Part shown: piece after piece, positions 14,939 through 28,704 of the stretch
How the letters are laid out: the number at the start of each line of letters is the position of its first letter
Numbering within the stretch: the first letter of the stretch is position 1
Origin: Octopus vulgaris
Lineage: Eukaryota
NCBI GenBank assembly: GCA_951406725.2
Contig: OX597827.1
Span: forward strand, 13,206,001-13,270,000
Reading direction: 5' to 3'
DNA: 64,000 nucleotides
Program-made: the position numbers and the translations under genes
The notes under the pieces: generated by a model
Seen by the model: only the letters and a program-made list of their open reading frames with translations
What the model was told of the DNA's origin: nothing
The model's database searches: none

Positions 14939-15910
14939 TATGAGGTCTGATCAATAAGCATCCGGACTCTTGCTGTAGTAACAAAGCTAAAGCACGTAGA
15001 ATGAAGCTGCTTGGCAAAGATTCACCTTGAACTCCGCTGTGCATGCACACTAAGTTCTAACATTCTAGCTCACTTCCACTGTTTACAGCAGTGCTTGGAA
15101 GGAAGGTGTGTAGCATGTGATCATTGCATTGACCATGACAGAGAAAGTTGTTCATAGCGATACTTGTTCAGAGGCCTACAAAATGTTGCAGAAAGTGTAT
15201 ATAGAGGAGCGTATGACCCGCACACAAGTGAACAAGTGGTTCAGACGTTTCCAAGAGGGCCACAAAAATGTTGATGTTGACGAACGTTCTGGGAGACCTG
15301 CAACCAGTGGAACTGAAAAAAACATTGCAGATGTGTGTGCAGCTGAGAGGGGAAAATCATCGAATCCCCATTCATGAGGTATTAGAGGATGTGCAGATAA
15401 GTTACGGCTCAGTTCAGTCCATTATATCTGAAGATTTGGGCATGAGATGCATGTCTGCCAAGTTTATGCCAAAACTGCTTTCAGCTGACCAAAAGGACAC
15501 TTGGGTTTCATTTGCAGCACCACCTCCACCACCACTGCCACCACCACCTCCACCACCACTACCTGCACCACGACCACCATGATCACCACCACTAGCAACC
15601 GCAACACAACCACCACTGCCTCAACCACCACGACCACCATCACCACCACCACCACCAACACCACCTCCACCACTTGAATGTATCAAGAACAATGGAAACT
15701 TTTTGTAAACTTTGTATAGGCCTCTGAGCAGGTATCACCAAGCTTTTGACAAAATTTGATGCAGATTTTCGGCTCAACCTTCCATGTCATGGTCAGTGTG
15801 ATGATGCACATGCACAGCAGAGTTCAAGGTCAATCTGTGCCAAGCAGCTTCACTCTGCATGCTTTAGCTTCGTTACTATGGCAACAGTCCAGATACTTAT
15901 TGATCAGACG

Positions 15911-15913
<3 letters not shown>
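14939..15913 (+). mobile_element. internally deleted mariner transposon
   Basis: Long terminal inverted repeats (GTCTGATCAATAAG.../...CTTATTGATCAGAC) and 5' TA; transposase remnants WFRRFQEG, DERSGRP and AKFMPKLL (WVPHEL-equivalent). Confidence 0.85.
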
Positions 15914-15960
<47 letters not shown>

Positions 15961-16098
15961 TAGATTGACTTCAACACTGTTTCATCTACCAAATTTTCTC
16001 ACAAGGCATTGGTCAGCCCAAGATACTGTGCATGTAACAATATACATACACATGCACACACATGTATACAAAAGTACATATATATATATATATATATA

Positions 16099-16468
16099 CT
16101 CTCTTTCTCTCTTTTACTTGTTTCAGTCATTTGACTGCGGCCATGCTGGAGCACCGCCTTTAGTCGATCAAATCAACCCCGGGACTTATTCTTTGTAAGC
16201 CCAGTACTTATTCTATCAGTCTCTTTTGTCGAACCGCTAAGTGACAGGGATGTAAACTCACCAGCATCGGTTGTCAAGTGATGTTGGAGGGACAAACACA
16301 GACACACAAACACACACACACACACAGTTTCCGTCTACCAAATCCACTCACAAGGCATTGGTCGGCCCGGGGCTATAGCAGAAGACACTTGCCCAAGATG
16401 CCACACAGTGGGACTGAACCCGCAACCATGTGGTTGGTTAGCAAGCTACTTACCACACAGCCACTTCT
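16099..16468 (-). mobile_element. SINE family A
   Basis: Reverse match to 530-949. Confidence 0.9.
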
Positions 16469-16727
16469 GTGATTTGTTTTTGTCTCTTGCATAGCATGGC
16501 ATCATGGGATTGATCATCTCTGTTCAATGTGGAAAGTAGTGAACCCTGGGAGTAGTGAAAAATTTCATTGGTGTACTGATGACAAAGGATCAGTAGGAGA
16601 TGATAGGTGCATCTGTGAAGATTTTGGTGGGAAGAAGGATTTGTTTCCTATTTAAATATTAGCTTAAAAACAAATTTTAAATGTAACATTACAAAAAAAC
16701 CACACCACAACAGCAACAGCAATAGCA

Positions 16728-17075
16728 GTGGAGGCACAATGGCCCAATTGTTAGGGCAGCGGACTCGCGGTCGGAGGATCGCGGTTTTGATTTCCAGACT
16801 GGGTGTTGTGTGTGTTTATTGAGCAAAAACACCTAAAAGCTCCACGAGGTTCCAGCAGGGGGTGGTGGCGTCCCCTGTTGTACTCTTTCGCTCCAACTTT
16901 CTCTCACTCTTTCTTCCTGTTTCTTGTCCCCGACTTCCTATGCAACTGCTGAGCATGGATGCGCATTCAGCCTTCCATCGATGCTCTCAGTGTCGGGGGT
17001 TGACCTGCTTTCTCTTCTGCGGGTCTTACGAATAGCAAAGGGCCACGTTTCGGACTGGACGAAGACCGCTACGCT
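16728..17075 (+). mobile_element. tRNA-derived SINE with family C head and a different tail
   Basis: GTGGAGGCACAATGGCCC head shared with 35821-36204; diverges after about 16925. Confidence 0.75.
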
Positions 17076-17614
17076 CAACAGCAACAGCAGCAGCAATAGT
17101 AACAACATCAACACTAATGATAAATTTTCAAATGTGAATAAATAAATAAGCAAAACCAAATATGCCCCACCTATGCATGTAAATTACAAAAAGTAAAAAA
17201 TGAATAATTTAAAAAGGCACTTTCAAAACTTATGCAGTCACTGCACCTATAGCATTATGCAACATTTTCCCTTATTGGTGCATATATAAACATATGTACA
17301 AGCTTGAACATTCATTCTGAAAATGAGTGTAATCTGTTAATCTCAAATATAAATTAGACATGTCTCAAATTTCTACTAAATTAAAATTTTACAAATTTTT
17401 ATTCTCTTTCTGAAAATAGCCATTTCAGAATTAGCAAAATGGCAAAATAACTATTCATTAAGGTCGTTAGGAATTCCACCAATAAAATAATTTGGCCACA
17501 AAAATTATTTTATTAAAGATATACACACATATGTGTGTCATTGGATCTTGTGTGTAATTTTCAGCAAGTACCATCTCCTAATATAATAATGAGCAAAGTG
17601 TTTTTATATATTTG

Positions 17615-17657
<43 letters not shown>

Positions 17658-18203
17658 AGAATCATGCTGGATGTGGAGCAGGAGAGAAAATAGTAATTCA
17701 GTGAAGGAGAAGTAGTGAGAGTAATAGCCCTGACTGAGAGGGAGTGAGAGAAAGTAATAGCAATGAGAGAAAGGGTGATAAATAATTAAGGAAGGAAGGG
17801 GTGAAAAAATCAGCGTTTTAACTCTGTGTGAGTATATGTGTGTATGTGTGTGCATGTACAAGGGAAGTATGTGAATGCATGTATGTGTGCTTATTACGTA
17901 CCTTATTTTGTACCTTGTTTATATATAAAATACTACAATTAGCCATTATTATTGACAGCATGTGGTCAGCTAGTCTTTAATAGGTCTTACTGGAGTGATT
18001 CTATTTTGAAGTACATTATTATTGACACGTACTCCTGTGACTAACTGTAATATCTTGCTCATAGAATGAACTTGACAACACAGATAGGCCATCTACTTGG
18101 TCATTCACTCTGTAAGAAATAGCAGCAAAATCTTGGATCAAATCATATCATTCAAAAGGGAAATATTGAATGATATAGTCTGAGATATAGTAAGTATAAA
18201 AAG

Positions 18204-18240
18204 ACTAGCTTATGGTGACCCGCTCTACACCGTGGGTAAG
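18204..18240 (-). mobile_element. possible Helitron 3' terminus
   Basis: Reverse complement has an ACCCAC/GCGGGT hairpin about 10 nt before CTAG|T. Confidence 0.4.
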
Positions 18241-19540
18241 AGTGTGGTTGTTACTTTCTGTCGCTTCCTTTCTGCTTTGTTTCTCTCTTTGTTTCTCTCT
18301 CCTTTCTCTCTCATTTTCCCACTCTCTTACTCTTCCTTTCTCTTGGACTCTACTTCGCTTTCTCTTGCTCTCTATCTTTCTCTATCTATCTCTCTCCCAT
18401 TTATAAACAACAAAATATCTTGAGTAAGTTGAGAAAGAAAATATTTTGAAAGATCAATCATAAACATCAGGCAGTGACAATGGAAAGGTCTGCTTCAAGG
18501 CAGACAGCAAAACACTAACATTTAAAAGGGACAGACGAACTTGCGAGTGGAATAAAAGTAAAAAAAATATTGGAAACCAAAGTTTGAAGGGATAGAATCT
18601 GAGGATAGTAGAGTCACCATGGCTGGCATTTCTTAACAACGGACAGCAACGTAGTGGCAGTTTAACAGCTGGCATAAAATTTTGAACTTGATGTAAAAAA
18701 AATTCCTAAACACCAGGTTTTGAAGTGATTCTTTCTCACGACAGTAGACTCTCCATGGCAAGCATTCAAAACTTCATCATGGACAGCAACACATTGAAGA
18801 TTTAACGTCCGCTTTCCATGCTGGTCACACTCTGTGTCACGCTGAATCTCCATCAGGTTAGTGGTATGCACGTCTGTAGATTGCTCAGTCGTTTGCACGT
18901 TAATTTCATGAGCAAGCTGTTCCGTTGATCATATCAGCTGGAGGGACCCTCATCGTCATAACCGACAGAGTGCTCATATTTTGACTTAGCACTTCAACAA
19001 AAGAGACCGTTAGAAAAAGTTTCAGGCTTTGAAAAAAATAAATACTGGGACTGAGTCATTTCACAAAATTCTTCAACACACAACTCCAGCATGGCCATGT
19101 GTCAAATGACAGAAGTAAATGATATGATTTTAGCATATAACCCATTACGTTTATTGATATAACAATTCCACCATTTATCAAAACACTCATAACTAATTGA
19201 TATAATTGATACCGCTATCATTAGTCCTTTGATAGTTTTATGTACACTGTGATTGGTCAACTATTCTTATGATTGGTAAATTTCCTGGATTTTCATTTTG
19301 CAAAGAATACTTTGGATTTTATGGATTTTTCTTTTTTTTTTCTTTTTTTTTTTTTGCTCTCTAAACAAACTGTTACCCAGGATTTCGTACAGTGTTGACT
19401 GACGCATGAGCTCGAATTTTCTGAATTCCATTTTTTTTACTCTGTGTGTGTGTGTGTTTGTGTGTGTAAGCACACATATATATAGAGAGAGAGAAAGAGA
19501 GAGAGAGAGAAAGAGACAGACAGAGAGCTTGATAAATAGC

Positions 19541-19568
19541 TATCATCATCATCTTCATCATCATCTTT

Positions 19569-19599
<31 letters not shown>

Positions 19600-19642
19600 C
19601 CATAATCATCATCCTCATCATCATCATCAGCAGCAGCATCAG

Positions 19643-19683
<41 letters not shown>

Positions 19684-19724
19684 CCATAATCATCATCATC
19701 ATCATCATCTTTATCATCATCATT

Positions 19725-19778
<54 letters not shown>

Positions 19779-19793
19779 TTTATCATCATCATT

Positions 19794-19830
<37 letters not shown>

Positions 19831-19877
19831 GCTCTGTCATCTTCATTCATGTTGTTGTCATCGTCATCATCATCGTT

Positions 19878-19924
<47 letters not shown>

Positions 19925-19993
19925 TATCATAATCACCCTCCTCCTCCTCACCTTCATCATCATCATCCTCATCCTCATTATCATCCTCATCAT
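19541..19993. repeat. (CAT)n microsatellite
   Basis: Direct reading. Confidence 0.95.
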
Positions 19994-20269
19994 TGATTTC
20001 ATATTACATCTATTACCCATGTTGTTGATGGCTGGACGGAGTGGACAAACATGTCAACCAGAAGCCTCTCATGACATGCTTTGCATTTTTATTATCTATC
20101 ATACAAACACAACAGCAAAGGGTAAAAAAAGGGTGTACCTCTGAGTAGTTGCTTTGTTTCCTTGAAATAACAGTCAAATCTCTTACAGTTCAAATTTTAC
20201 AGACTTAAAAATAAAGAGAAGAGATAAGACACACTGGAAAATGTGATCCCAACTTAAAAAAGCTTCCAG

Positions 20270-20510
20270 TCCAGGCTGTAAGGTGGTTGGCATTTGGAAA
20301 GGCATCCAGCTGTAAAAACCATGCCAAAACTGACTTTGCCATGTAAAAAGCACTCGGCCCACACTGTGGAGTGGTTGGTGTTAGGAAGGGCATCTAGCAA
20401 TAAAAACCATGCAAAAACAGACTTTGCCATGTAAAAAGCACTCGACCCACCCTGTGGAGTGGTTGGTGTTAGGAAGGGCACCTAGCCATAAAAAAAAAAC
20501 CATGCCAAAA
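20270..20510 (+). repeat. about 3 tandem units (about 87 bp) of an RTE-tail segment
   Basis: GGTTGG..TTAGGAAGGGCA...AAAACCATGC occurs three times. Confidence 0.8.
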
Positions 20511-20546
20511 CACGCACAGAAGCTTGGCGCAGGCTCCTACCCAGCC

Positions 20547-20972
20547 ATCATCATCATCATCATCATCATTTAGCGTCCGCTTTCCATGCTAGCATGGGTT
20601 GGACGGTTCAACTGGGGTCTGTGAAGTCAGAAGGCTGCATCAAGCCCAGTCTAATCTGGCAGTGTTTCTACGACTGGATGCCCTTCCTAACGCCAACCAC
20701 TCCGTGAGTGTAGTGGGTGCTTTTTACGTGCCACCCACACAGGTGCTAGGCGGAGCTGGCAAACGGCCACGAACGGACGGACGGTGCTTTTTACGTGCCA
20801 CCGGCATGTTTACGTGCCACCGGCATGTTTACGTGCCACCGGCATGTTTACGTGCTACCGGCATGTTTACGTGCCACCGGCATGTTTACGTGCCACCGGC
20901 ATGTTTACGTGCCACCGGCATGTTTACGTGCCACCGGCATGTTTACGTGCCACCGGCATGTTTACGTGCCAC
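20547..20972 (-). mobile_element. RTE-tail element with internal 19-bp minisatellite
   Basis: (CAT)n tail; TTTACGTGCCACCGGCATG about 9.5 times at 20790-20972. Confidence 0.85.
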
Positions 20973-21435
20973 TCCATTCTAATCTTCTAACCCATGCCAG
21001 CGTGGAAGGAGGACGTTAAACAATGGCGATGATGATGATGAATACAGAAAACCCTGCTTGATTAGAATAAGCCAAGGACTAAACAACAACAGCCAATTTT
21101 TGCTATTATGTATATCAATGTTTTTTTAATGGCATATATATTTTCACAGCTGTATGCGTCTTCCTGTCGTTAACCATTTTATAGCAATAACTTTGTGTAT
21201 TATCGGTGCTGCCTTCATTGAAGACATTTTGTAGGTTGTAATAAACGGTGGTTTATAATTGGTTAAATATAGATTGTGTTTTGTTGAAAGAGTCGTATTT
21301 TTTTGATGATGATGAGGAGGAGGAGGATGATGATGAGGATGTCTTCGTCTATTTTGTAGTTGATGTGCCTTTGAGCTACATTTGATACGTTTTTGTTTTT
21401 ATTTTTTTGTTTGTTTTTTTTTACTTGGGGAATTT

Positions 21436-21565
21436 CATCATCATCATCGTCATCATCATCATCATCATCACCACCACCACCATCATCATCATCATACTCC
21501 TCCTCATCATCATCATCATCACCACCACCACCACCATCATCATCATCCTCATCATCATCATCATC

Positions 21566-21635
<70 letters not shown>

Positions 21636-21646
21636 CCACCACCACC

Positions 21647-21680
<34 letters not shown>

Positions 21681-21742
21681 CCACCACTACCACCACCATC
21701 CTCATCCTCATCATCATCATCATCAACATCACCACCACCACC

Positions 21743-21776
<34 letters not shown>

Positions 21777-21990
21777 CCACCACTACCACCACCACCATCC
21801 TCATCCTCATCATCATCATCATCATTATCATCACCACCGCCACCACTACCATCATCATCATCATCACCACCACCACCACCACCACCACCACCACCACCAC
21901 CACCACCATCATCATCATCCTCATCGTCATCATCATCCTCATCATCATCATCATCATCACCAACACCACCAACAACACCATCATCACTAC
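21436..21990. repeat. (CAT)/(CAC)n compound microsatellite
   Basis: Direct reading. Confidence 0.95.
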
Positions 21991-22415
21991 CACTTAACAC
22001 CCATTTTGACAAGAGCTGGTAAAATCAGAAATCACACCAGCTTCCAAAGTTTGTTTCGGCTTGGTTTCTGAAGTTGTATGCCCTTCCTAACGCCAACCCC
22101 TTTACAGAGTATACTGGATGATTTTTTTACATGGCACCAGTACCAGTGCCTTTTCTGTGACATAAGCACCATTGCTTCTTTTCTTGGGGTACCATTACCA
22201 GTGCTTCTTACATGGTACCAGCACCAGTGCATCTAATGTGCGACCAGCATCCGTACCTTTTATGTGGTGCCAACACCAGTGCCCTTCATAGGCAAGCATT
22301 ACCAAGGTGGTTTTAGGATATCAATTCTAGTCTGTTCAGTTGTGACGGGAAAGTCATCTTGAGTACAGCAATGACCTATGTACCTCAGTCTTTCACATTT
22401 ATTGTGTTGAATATC

Positions 22416-22818
22416 CCCATTTCTTTACTACCCACAAGGAGCTAAGCACAGAGAGGACAAATGGATTAAGTCGATTACATCGACCCCAGTGCGTCACTGG
22501 TACTTAATTTATCGACCCCGAAAGGATGAAAGATTAAGTCGACCTCGGCGGAATTTGAACTCAGAACGATGTGGCGGACAAAATACCTATTTCTTTACTA
22601 CCCACAAGAGGCTAAACACAGAGGGGACAAACAAGGACAGACAAATGGATTAAGTCGATTACATCGACCCCAGTGCGTCACTGGTACTTAATTTATCGAC
22701 CCTAAAAGGATGAAAGGTAAAGTCGACCTCGGCGGAATTTGAACTCAGAACGATGCGGCGGACGAAATACTACAAAGCATTTCACCCAGCGTGCTAACGT
22801 CTCTGCCAGCTCTCCGCC
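22416..22818 (-). mobile_element. SINE family B with tandemly duplicated 3' part
   Basis: 17-bp target-site duplication (TSD) TTATTGTGTTGAATATC at 22399-22415 and 22819-22835. Confidence 0.9.
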
Positions 22819-23409
22819 TTATTGTGTTGAATATCATTATTGTTATTATTGTTGTTGTGTAAATCTACGTCAGCTCTGATTCAACAGGATATGGTTAAAG
22901 ACAGTCCAGTGATGAGAGTGCCAAATTTCATGTGAAGCATAAAGTACATCAAGGACTATCGTATACAACGTTACTTTTTCCACTAAGTGGTGGTTTGAAG
23001 GAGATGTGGCTACTATTTCTAGCATGCTGAATAACTGCATGAGCTTACTGTGTGTATGTGTGAATGAATCTTGTACATAACTGGTTTATTTCTCAACAAT
23101 CTTTGAACTTTTTACATACTTAGACCTGAATTAACAATGGCAGAGCATACCTTTGCCAAAGGTGTTCCAAGCATGACCATCTCAATTTATCTTTCACTAG
23201 TGTATCTAAAATTACATTGCATGCCCACACATTGTCATGCACATATATGAAAAAACAGGTTATGGTTGGCAACAAGAAGGCTATCCTACTGAAGAAAACC
23301 CTACCTCAACAAATACCATTTACAGTAATAGTAAACATTTCAAGTTTTGAAGCCCCTGATGGGGTCTCCCCTTCGGCCAGTGGAAATCCAAATCAAGCTG
23401 TTTTGGACA

Positions 23410-23450
<41 letters not shown>

Positions 23451-23761
23451 TGTGTGTGTGTATGTCTATTATATATGTGTATGCATATGTGTGTATATAT
23501 ATATATATATAGATATGTATGCATTTAAAATTTAAATACATCTATCTATCTATCTTTAATATCACTGTGATCACTGTGACCGACCAGGCTATCAGATGTT
23601 GCTACACATCGCTGGTCACAATGCGCTTCGCATTGTTTTAGCCTTCAAATGACGCCACCTCGCTGGCTAAGCGAGCAGGCCAGTATCTTTAATATATATA
23701 TATATATATCTGATGATGATGATGATGATGATGATGATATCTGAATCTTTCCTTCTCCTAT

Positions 23762-23796
23762 GTTTCCGACGAAGAGCTCCGCTCGAAACGTTAAAC
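23762..23796 (+). ncRNA. minimal hammerhead ribozyme motif (P1, U4C variant)
   Basis: GTTT-CCGACGA-A-GAGC-TCC-GCTC-GAAAC-GTT-AAAC. Confidence 0.6.
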
Positions 23797-23994
23797 CCTC
23801 CTTCTTTCCTTCTTTCCTGAGCGTCCAATAATACTATATTTGTTCCACATCCTCGCGTTGTTGTGTTTTCTTGTGCTTTCTTGTTTGGATTAACTATATA
23901 TATATATATATACATACCTACATATTTATATATATGTGTGTATGTATATATATATATATATATATGTATATGTGTATATGTGTGTATATGCATG

Positions 23995-24031
<37 letters not shown>

Positions 24032-24439
24032 TGTGTTTGTATGTGTGTGTGTGCGTGTGTACGCACACACACGCATATATAATATATGTATGAATTTATT
24101 AGGAGGACATTGCTGGTTGTCTGGAATTACCTACTCTCATGGGTAGCAGACATCTTTCTATAAATAGTTTCTAATGTAGATTTACACAATGTTATATTGT
24201 ATATGAAACATTCAAATTATTGATTCCTTTAATTAAATTGCTATCTTTTAAATCACCTCTTTTCTAATATTGCCATTCCATCACCATTTTCACGCTGCCA
24301 TAAATGCCATCCTTACTCACATTCCCCTTACCATTATACTTACTGCCAATATATACAATAACAAGCCGACAAGGGAGCCCGTATGTAATCGCTCAGTCCG
24401 CTAGAAATAGCAGTTAAAATCTTCCTCAAGTCATACTTT

Positions 24440-24862
24440 TTATGTATCTTCTGTCTTTCATTTGTTTCAATCATTTGACTGCGGCCGTGTTGGGGCACCG
24501 TCTTGAAGAACTTTTAGTTGAATGAGTTGACCGCAGTACTTCTTTTGTTTTTTTAAACCTTGTACCTATCCTATTAGTCTCTTTTTAGCGAACTGTTAAG
24601 TAATGGGGATGTAAACAAACCAACACTGGCTGTCAAGTAGCGGTAGAAAACAAACACAGATACATGCCACACACTCAAACACACACACACACACACACAC
24701 ACATGACTGGCTTCTGTCAGTTTTCATCTAATAAATCTACTCGCTAGTTCAGCCTAAGGCTACAGTAGAAGACACTTGCCCAAGGTGCCATGCCGTGGGA
24801 CTGAACTTGGAATCTAGTAATGAGGATGCAAATTTCGTACCACTCAGACACACCTGTACCTA
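24440..24862 (-). mobile_element. old SINE family A copy nested in a family E repeat
   Basis: Diverged match to family A; family E halves at 24370-24435 and 24863-25005. Confidence 0.75.
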
Positions 24863-25127
24863 TAAGTAGTTAGATAAAATGTAGAAAATAGTAAGCAATG
24901 TAATTTTAGATACACTAGTCAAAGATAAATTGAGATGGTCATGCTTGGAACACCTTTGGCATAGGTTTGATCTGCCATTGTTAATTCAGGTCTAAGTAAC
25001 AACAAAAAACAGTACTTTTTATTAACAAATGACAATGAGACTGAGCCTTTAGAAATGGAAGCCAAATCTTTCGCAAATTGCACCATATTAGTTAATAAAA
25101 GGAAGGAAACGTTGGATAATGCAGTCC

Positions 25128-27350
25128 TAGATACTCTAAAACTAAAAAAGATACTCTAAGACTAAAGATTCTCTAAGACTAAAGATTCTCTAAGACTAAA
25201 GATACTCTAAGACTAAAAAACTCTAAGACTAAAGATACTCTAAGACTAAAGATACTCTAAGACTTAAAATACTCTAAGACAAAAAAAACTCTAAGACTAA
25301 AAAAACTCTAAGACTAAAGATACTCTAAGACTAAAGATACTCTAAGGCTAAAGATACTCTAAGACTAAAGATATTCTAAGACTAAAGATACTCTAAGGCT
25401 AAAGATATTCTAAGACTAAAGATACTCTAAGGCTAAAGATACTCTAAGACTAAAGATACTCTAAAACTAAAGATACTCTAAAACTTAAAATACTCTAAAA
25501 CTAAAAAAGATACTCTAAGACTAAAGATACTCTAAGGCTAAAGATAATCTAAGACTAAAGATACTCTAATACTAAAGATACTCTAAGACTAAAGATACTC
25601 TAAGACTAAAGATTCTCTAAGACTAAAGATACTCTTAGAGTAAAGATACTCTAAGGCTAAAGATACTCTAAGACTAAAGATACTCTAAGACTAAAGATAC
25701 TCTAGGACTAAAGATACTCTAAGACTAAAGATACTCTAAGACTTAAAATACTCTAAGACTAAAAAAGATACTCTAAGACTAAAAAAGATACTCTAAGACT
25801 AAAGATACTCTAAAACTAAAGATACTCTAAGACTAAAGATACTCTAAGACTAAAGATATTCTAAGACTTAAAATACTCTAAGACTAAAATAGATACTCTA
25901 AGACTAAAGATACTCTAAGTCTTAAAATACTCTAAGATTAAAGATACTCTAAGATTAAAGATACTCTAAGACTAAAGATACTCTAAGACTAAAGATACTC
26001 TAAGGCTAAAGATACTCTAAGACTAAAGATACTCTAAGACTAAAGATAATGTAAGACTAAAGATACTCTAAGACTAAAGAAGATACTCTAAGACTAAAGA
26101 TACTCTAAGACTAAAGATACTCTAAGACTAAAGATACTCTAAGGCTAAAGATACTCTAAGACTAAAGATACTCTAAAACTAAAGATACTCTAAAACTTAA
26201 AATACTCTAAAACTAAAAAAGATACTCTAAGACTAAAGATACTCTAAGGCTAAAGATACTCTAAGACTAAAGATACTCTAATACTAAAGATACTCTAAGA
26301 CTAAAGATACTCTAAGGCTAAAGATACTCTAAGACTAAAGATACTCTAATACTAAAGATACTCTAAGACTAAAGATACTCTAAGACTAAAGATACTCTAA
26401 GACTAAAGATACTCTTAGAGTAAAGATACTCTAAGGCTAAAGATACTCTAAGACTAAAGATACTCTAAGACTAAAGATACTCTAGGACTAAAGATACTCT
26501 AAGACTAAAGATAATCTAAGACTTAAAATACTCTAAGACTAAAAAAGATACTCTAAGACTAAAAAAGATACTCTAAGACTAAAGATACTCTAAAACTAAA
26601 GATACTCTAAGACTAAAGATACTCTAAGACTAAATATATTCTAAGACTTAAAATACTCTAAGACTAAAAAAGATACTCTAAGACTAAAGATACTCTAAGT
26701 CTTAAAATACTCTAAGATTAAAGATACTCTAAGATTAAAGATACTCTAAGACTAAAGATACTCTAAGACTAAAGATACTCTAAGGCTAAAGATACTCTAA
26801 GACTAAAGATACTCTAAGACTAGAGATAATGTAAGACTAAAGATACTCTAAGACTAAAAAAGATACTCTAAGACTAAAGATACTCTAAGACTAAAGATAC
26901 TCTAAGACTAAAGATACTCTAAGGCTAAAGATACTCTAAGACTAAAGATACTCTAAGACTAAAGATAATATAAGACTAAAGATACTCTAAGACTAAAGAT
27001 AATCTAGGACTAAAGATAATCTAAGACTAAAGATACTCTAAGACTAAAGATACTCTAAGGATAAAGATACTCTAAGACTAAAAAAGATACTCTAAGACTA
27101 AAGATACTCTAAGGCTAAAGATACTCTAAGACTAAAGATACTCTAAGACTAAAGATACTCTAAGACTTAAAATACTCTAAGACTAAAAAAGATACTCTAA
27201 GACTAAAGATACTCTAAGACTTAAAATACTCTAAGACTAAAAAAGATACTCTAAGACTAAAGATACTCTAAGACTAAAAAAGATACTCTAAGACTAAAGA
27301 TACTCTAAGACTAAAGATACTCTAAGACTAAAAAAACTCTAAGACTAAAA
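25128..27350. repeat. 17-bp satellite (GATACTCTAAGACTAAA)n with 780-bp higher-order duplication
   Basis: Rare variants recur 780 bp apart (25631/26411, 25701/26481, 25911/26691, 26045/26825). Confidence 0.95.
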
Positions 27351-27691
27351 AAAAAATGAAATCCAGGATGGTCACAGCTGAGATGCTTTTGATCATTGTG
27401 CTTATCTGGAGATGACCTGGGGTTAAAAACAACTAAGCAATCACAATAGAAACATAGAGAAACATAGCTACAAACACCACCAGCATTCCTTCTTTAAGTT
27501 CCCTCCTTACTTATATTATATTGCTGCTTACGTTGCTGTTATTGCTGCTGCTGCCACATAAGCAGCAGCAGTACTGTGTTTCTGCTGCTGCTGTTGTTGT
27601 TACTGTTGGTTCCCGTTACATCTTACAAATTATTTAGCAAGCTCAAACTGCTCAGAGCTAAAGTAAAAAAAAAAAAAAATTCAAATTGCTG

Positions 27692-27722
<31 letters not shown>

Positions 27723-27894
27723 GTAGCAGCTGCAGCTGCAGCAGCCGCAACTACAACAATTAACAGCAGCAGGAGTAGCTGTGGTATTAATGTAATATCA
27801 TTAACGATAATTTCTCATGCTGGCACGAGGTCACAAACTTACAAACTCTGGGGAAGGTGTATAGTTAAATACATTAAACCATATTCTTGACTAC

Positions 27895-28306
27895 TCTTTA
27901 TTCTTTTACTCTTTTACTTGTTTCAGTCATTTGACTGCGGCCATGCTGGAGCACCGCCTTTAGTCGAGTAAATCAACCCCGGGACTTATTCTTTGTAAGC
28001 CCAGTACTTATTCTATCGGTCTCTTTTGCCGAACCGCTAAGTGACAGGGACGTAAACACACCAGCATCGGTTGTCAAGCAATGCTAGGGGGACAAACACA
28101 AACACACACACACATACACTTATATATATATATACATATATACGACAGGCTTCTTTCAGTTTCCGTCTACCAAATCCACTCACAAGGTTTTGGTCGGCCC
28201 GGGGCTATAGCAGAAGACACTTGCCCAAGATGCCACGCAGTGGGACTGAACCCGGAACCATGTGGTTGGTTAGCAAGCTACTTACCACACAGCCACTCCT
28301 GCGCCT
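27895..28306 (-). mobile_element. SINE family A
   Basis: Full-length reverse match. Confidence 0.9.
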
Positions 28307-28704
28307 ATACTAGTGTATTATTTTTTTTAAAGTACCCTGCAGAAAAATGTAAGTAAAAGTCTACTCCATTGGGATTTGGACATAACAAAATTCTGCAAAT
28401 ATTTATGCCAGCACTCTTGCTAATTCTGCCAACTGTGTACCTTGTGACAGCAAACAGAAAGAAATGTTAGAAACATACGCAGGAGATGGTTCTCGCAGAA
28501 TGACAAAATGGGCCATATTCTGGGGTGCAAAATCATACTCACATGAAGATCAAAATTCACCAGCCAGATATTGTTATGAAGGAGGAAAAAAATCTCCCAA
28601 TTGGGAAGGAAAAATCTCCCAACAAAAACATCAGGGCTAAATAGATAATAATGTTTCTCTAAAAGACATGACCACCACAAATTCTAATTCATTTTACAGC
28701 ATAG

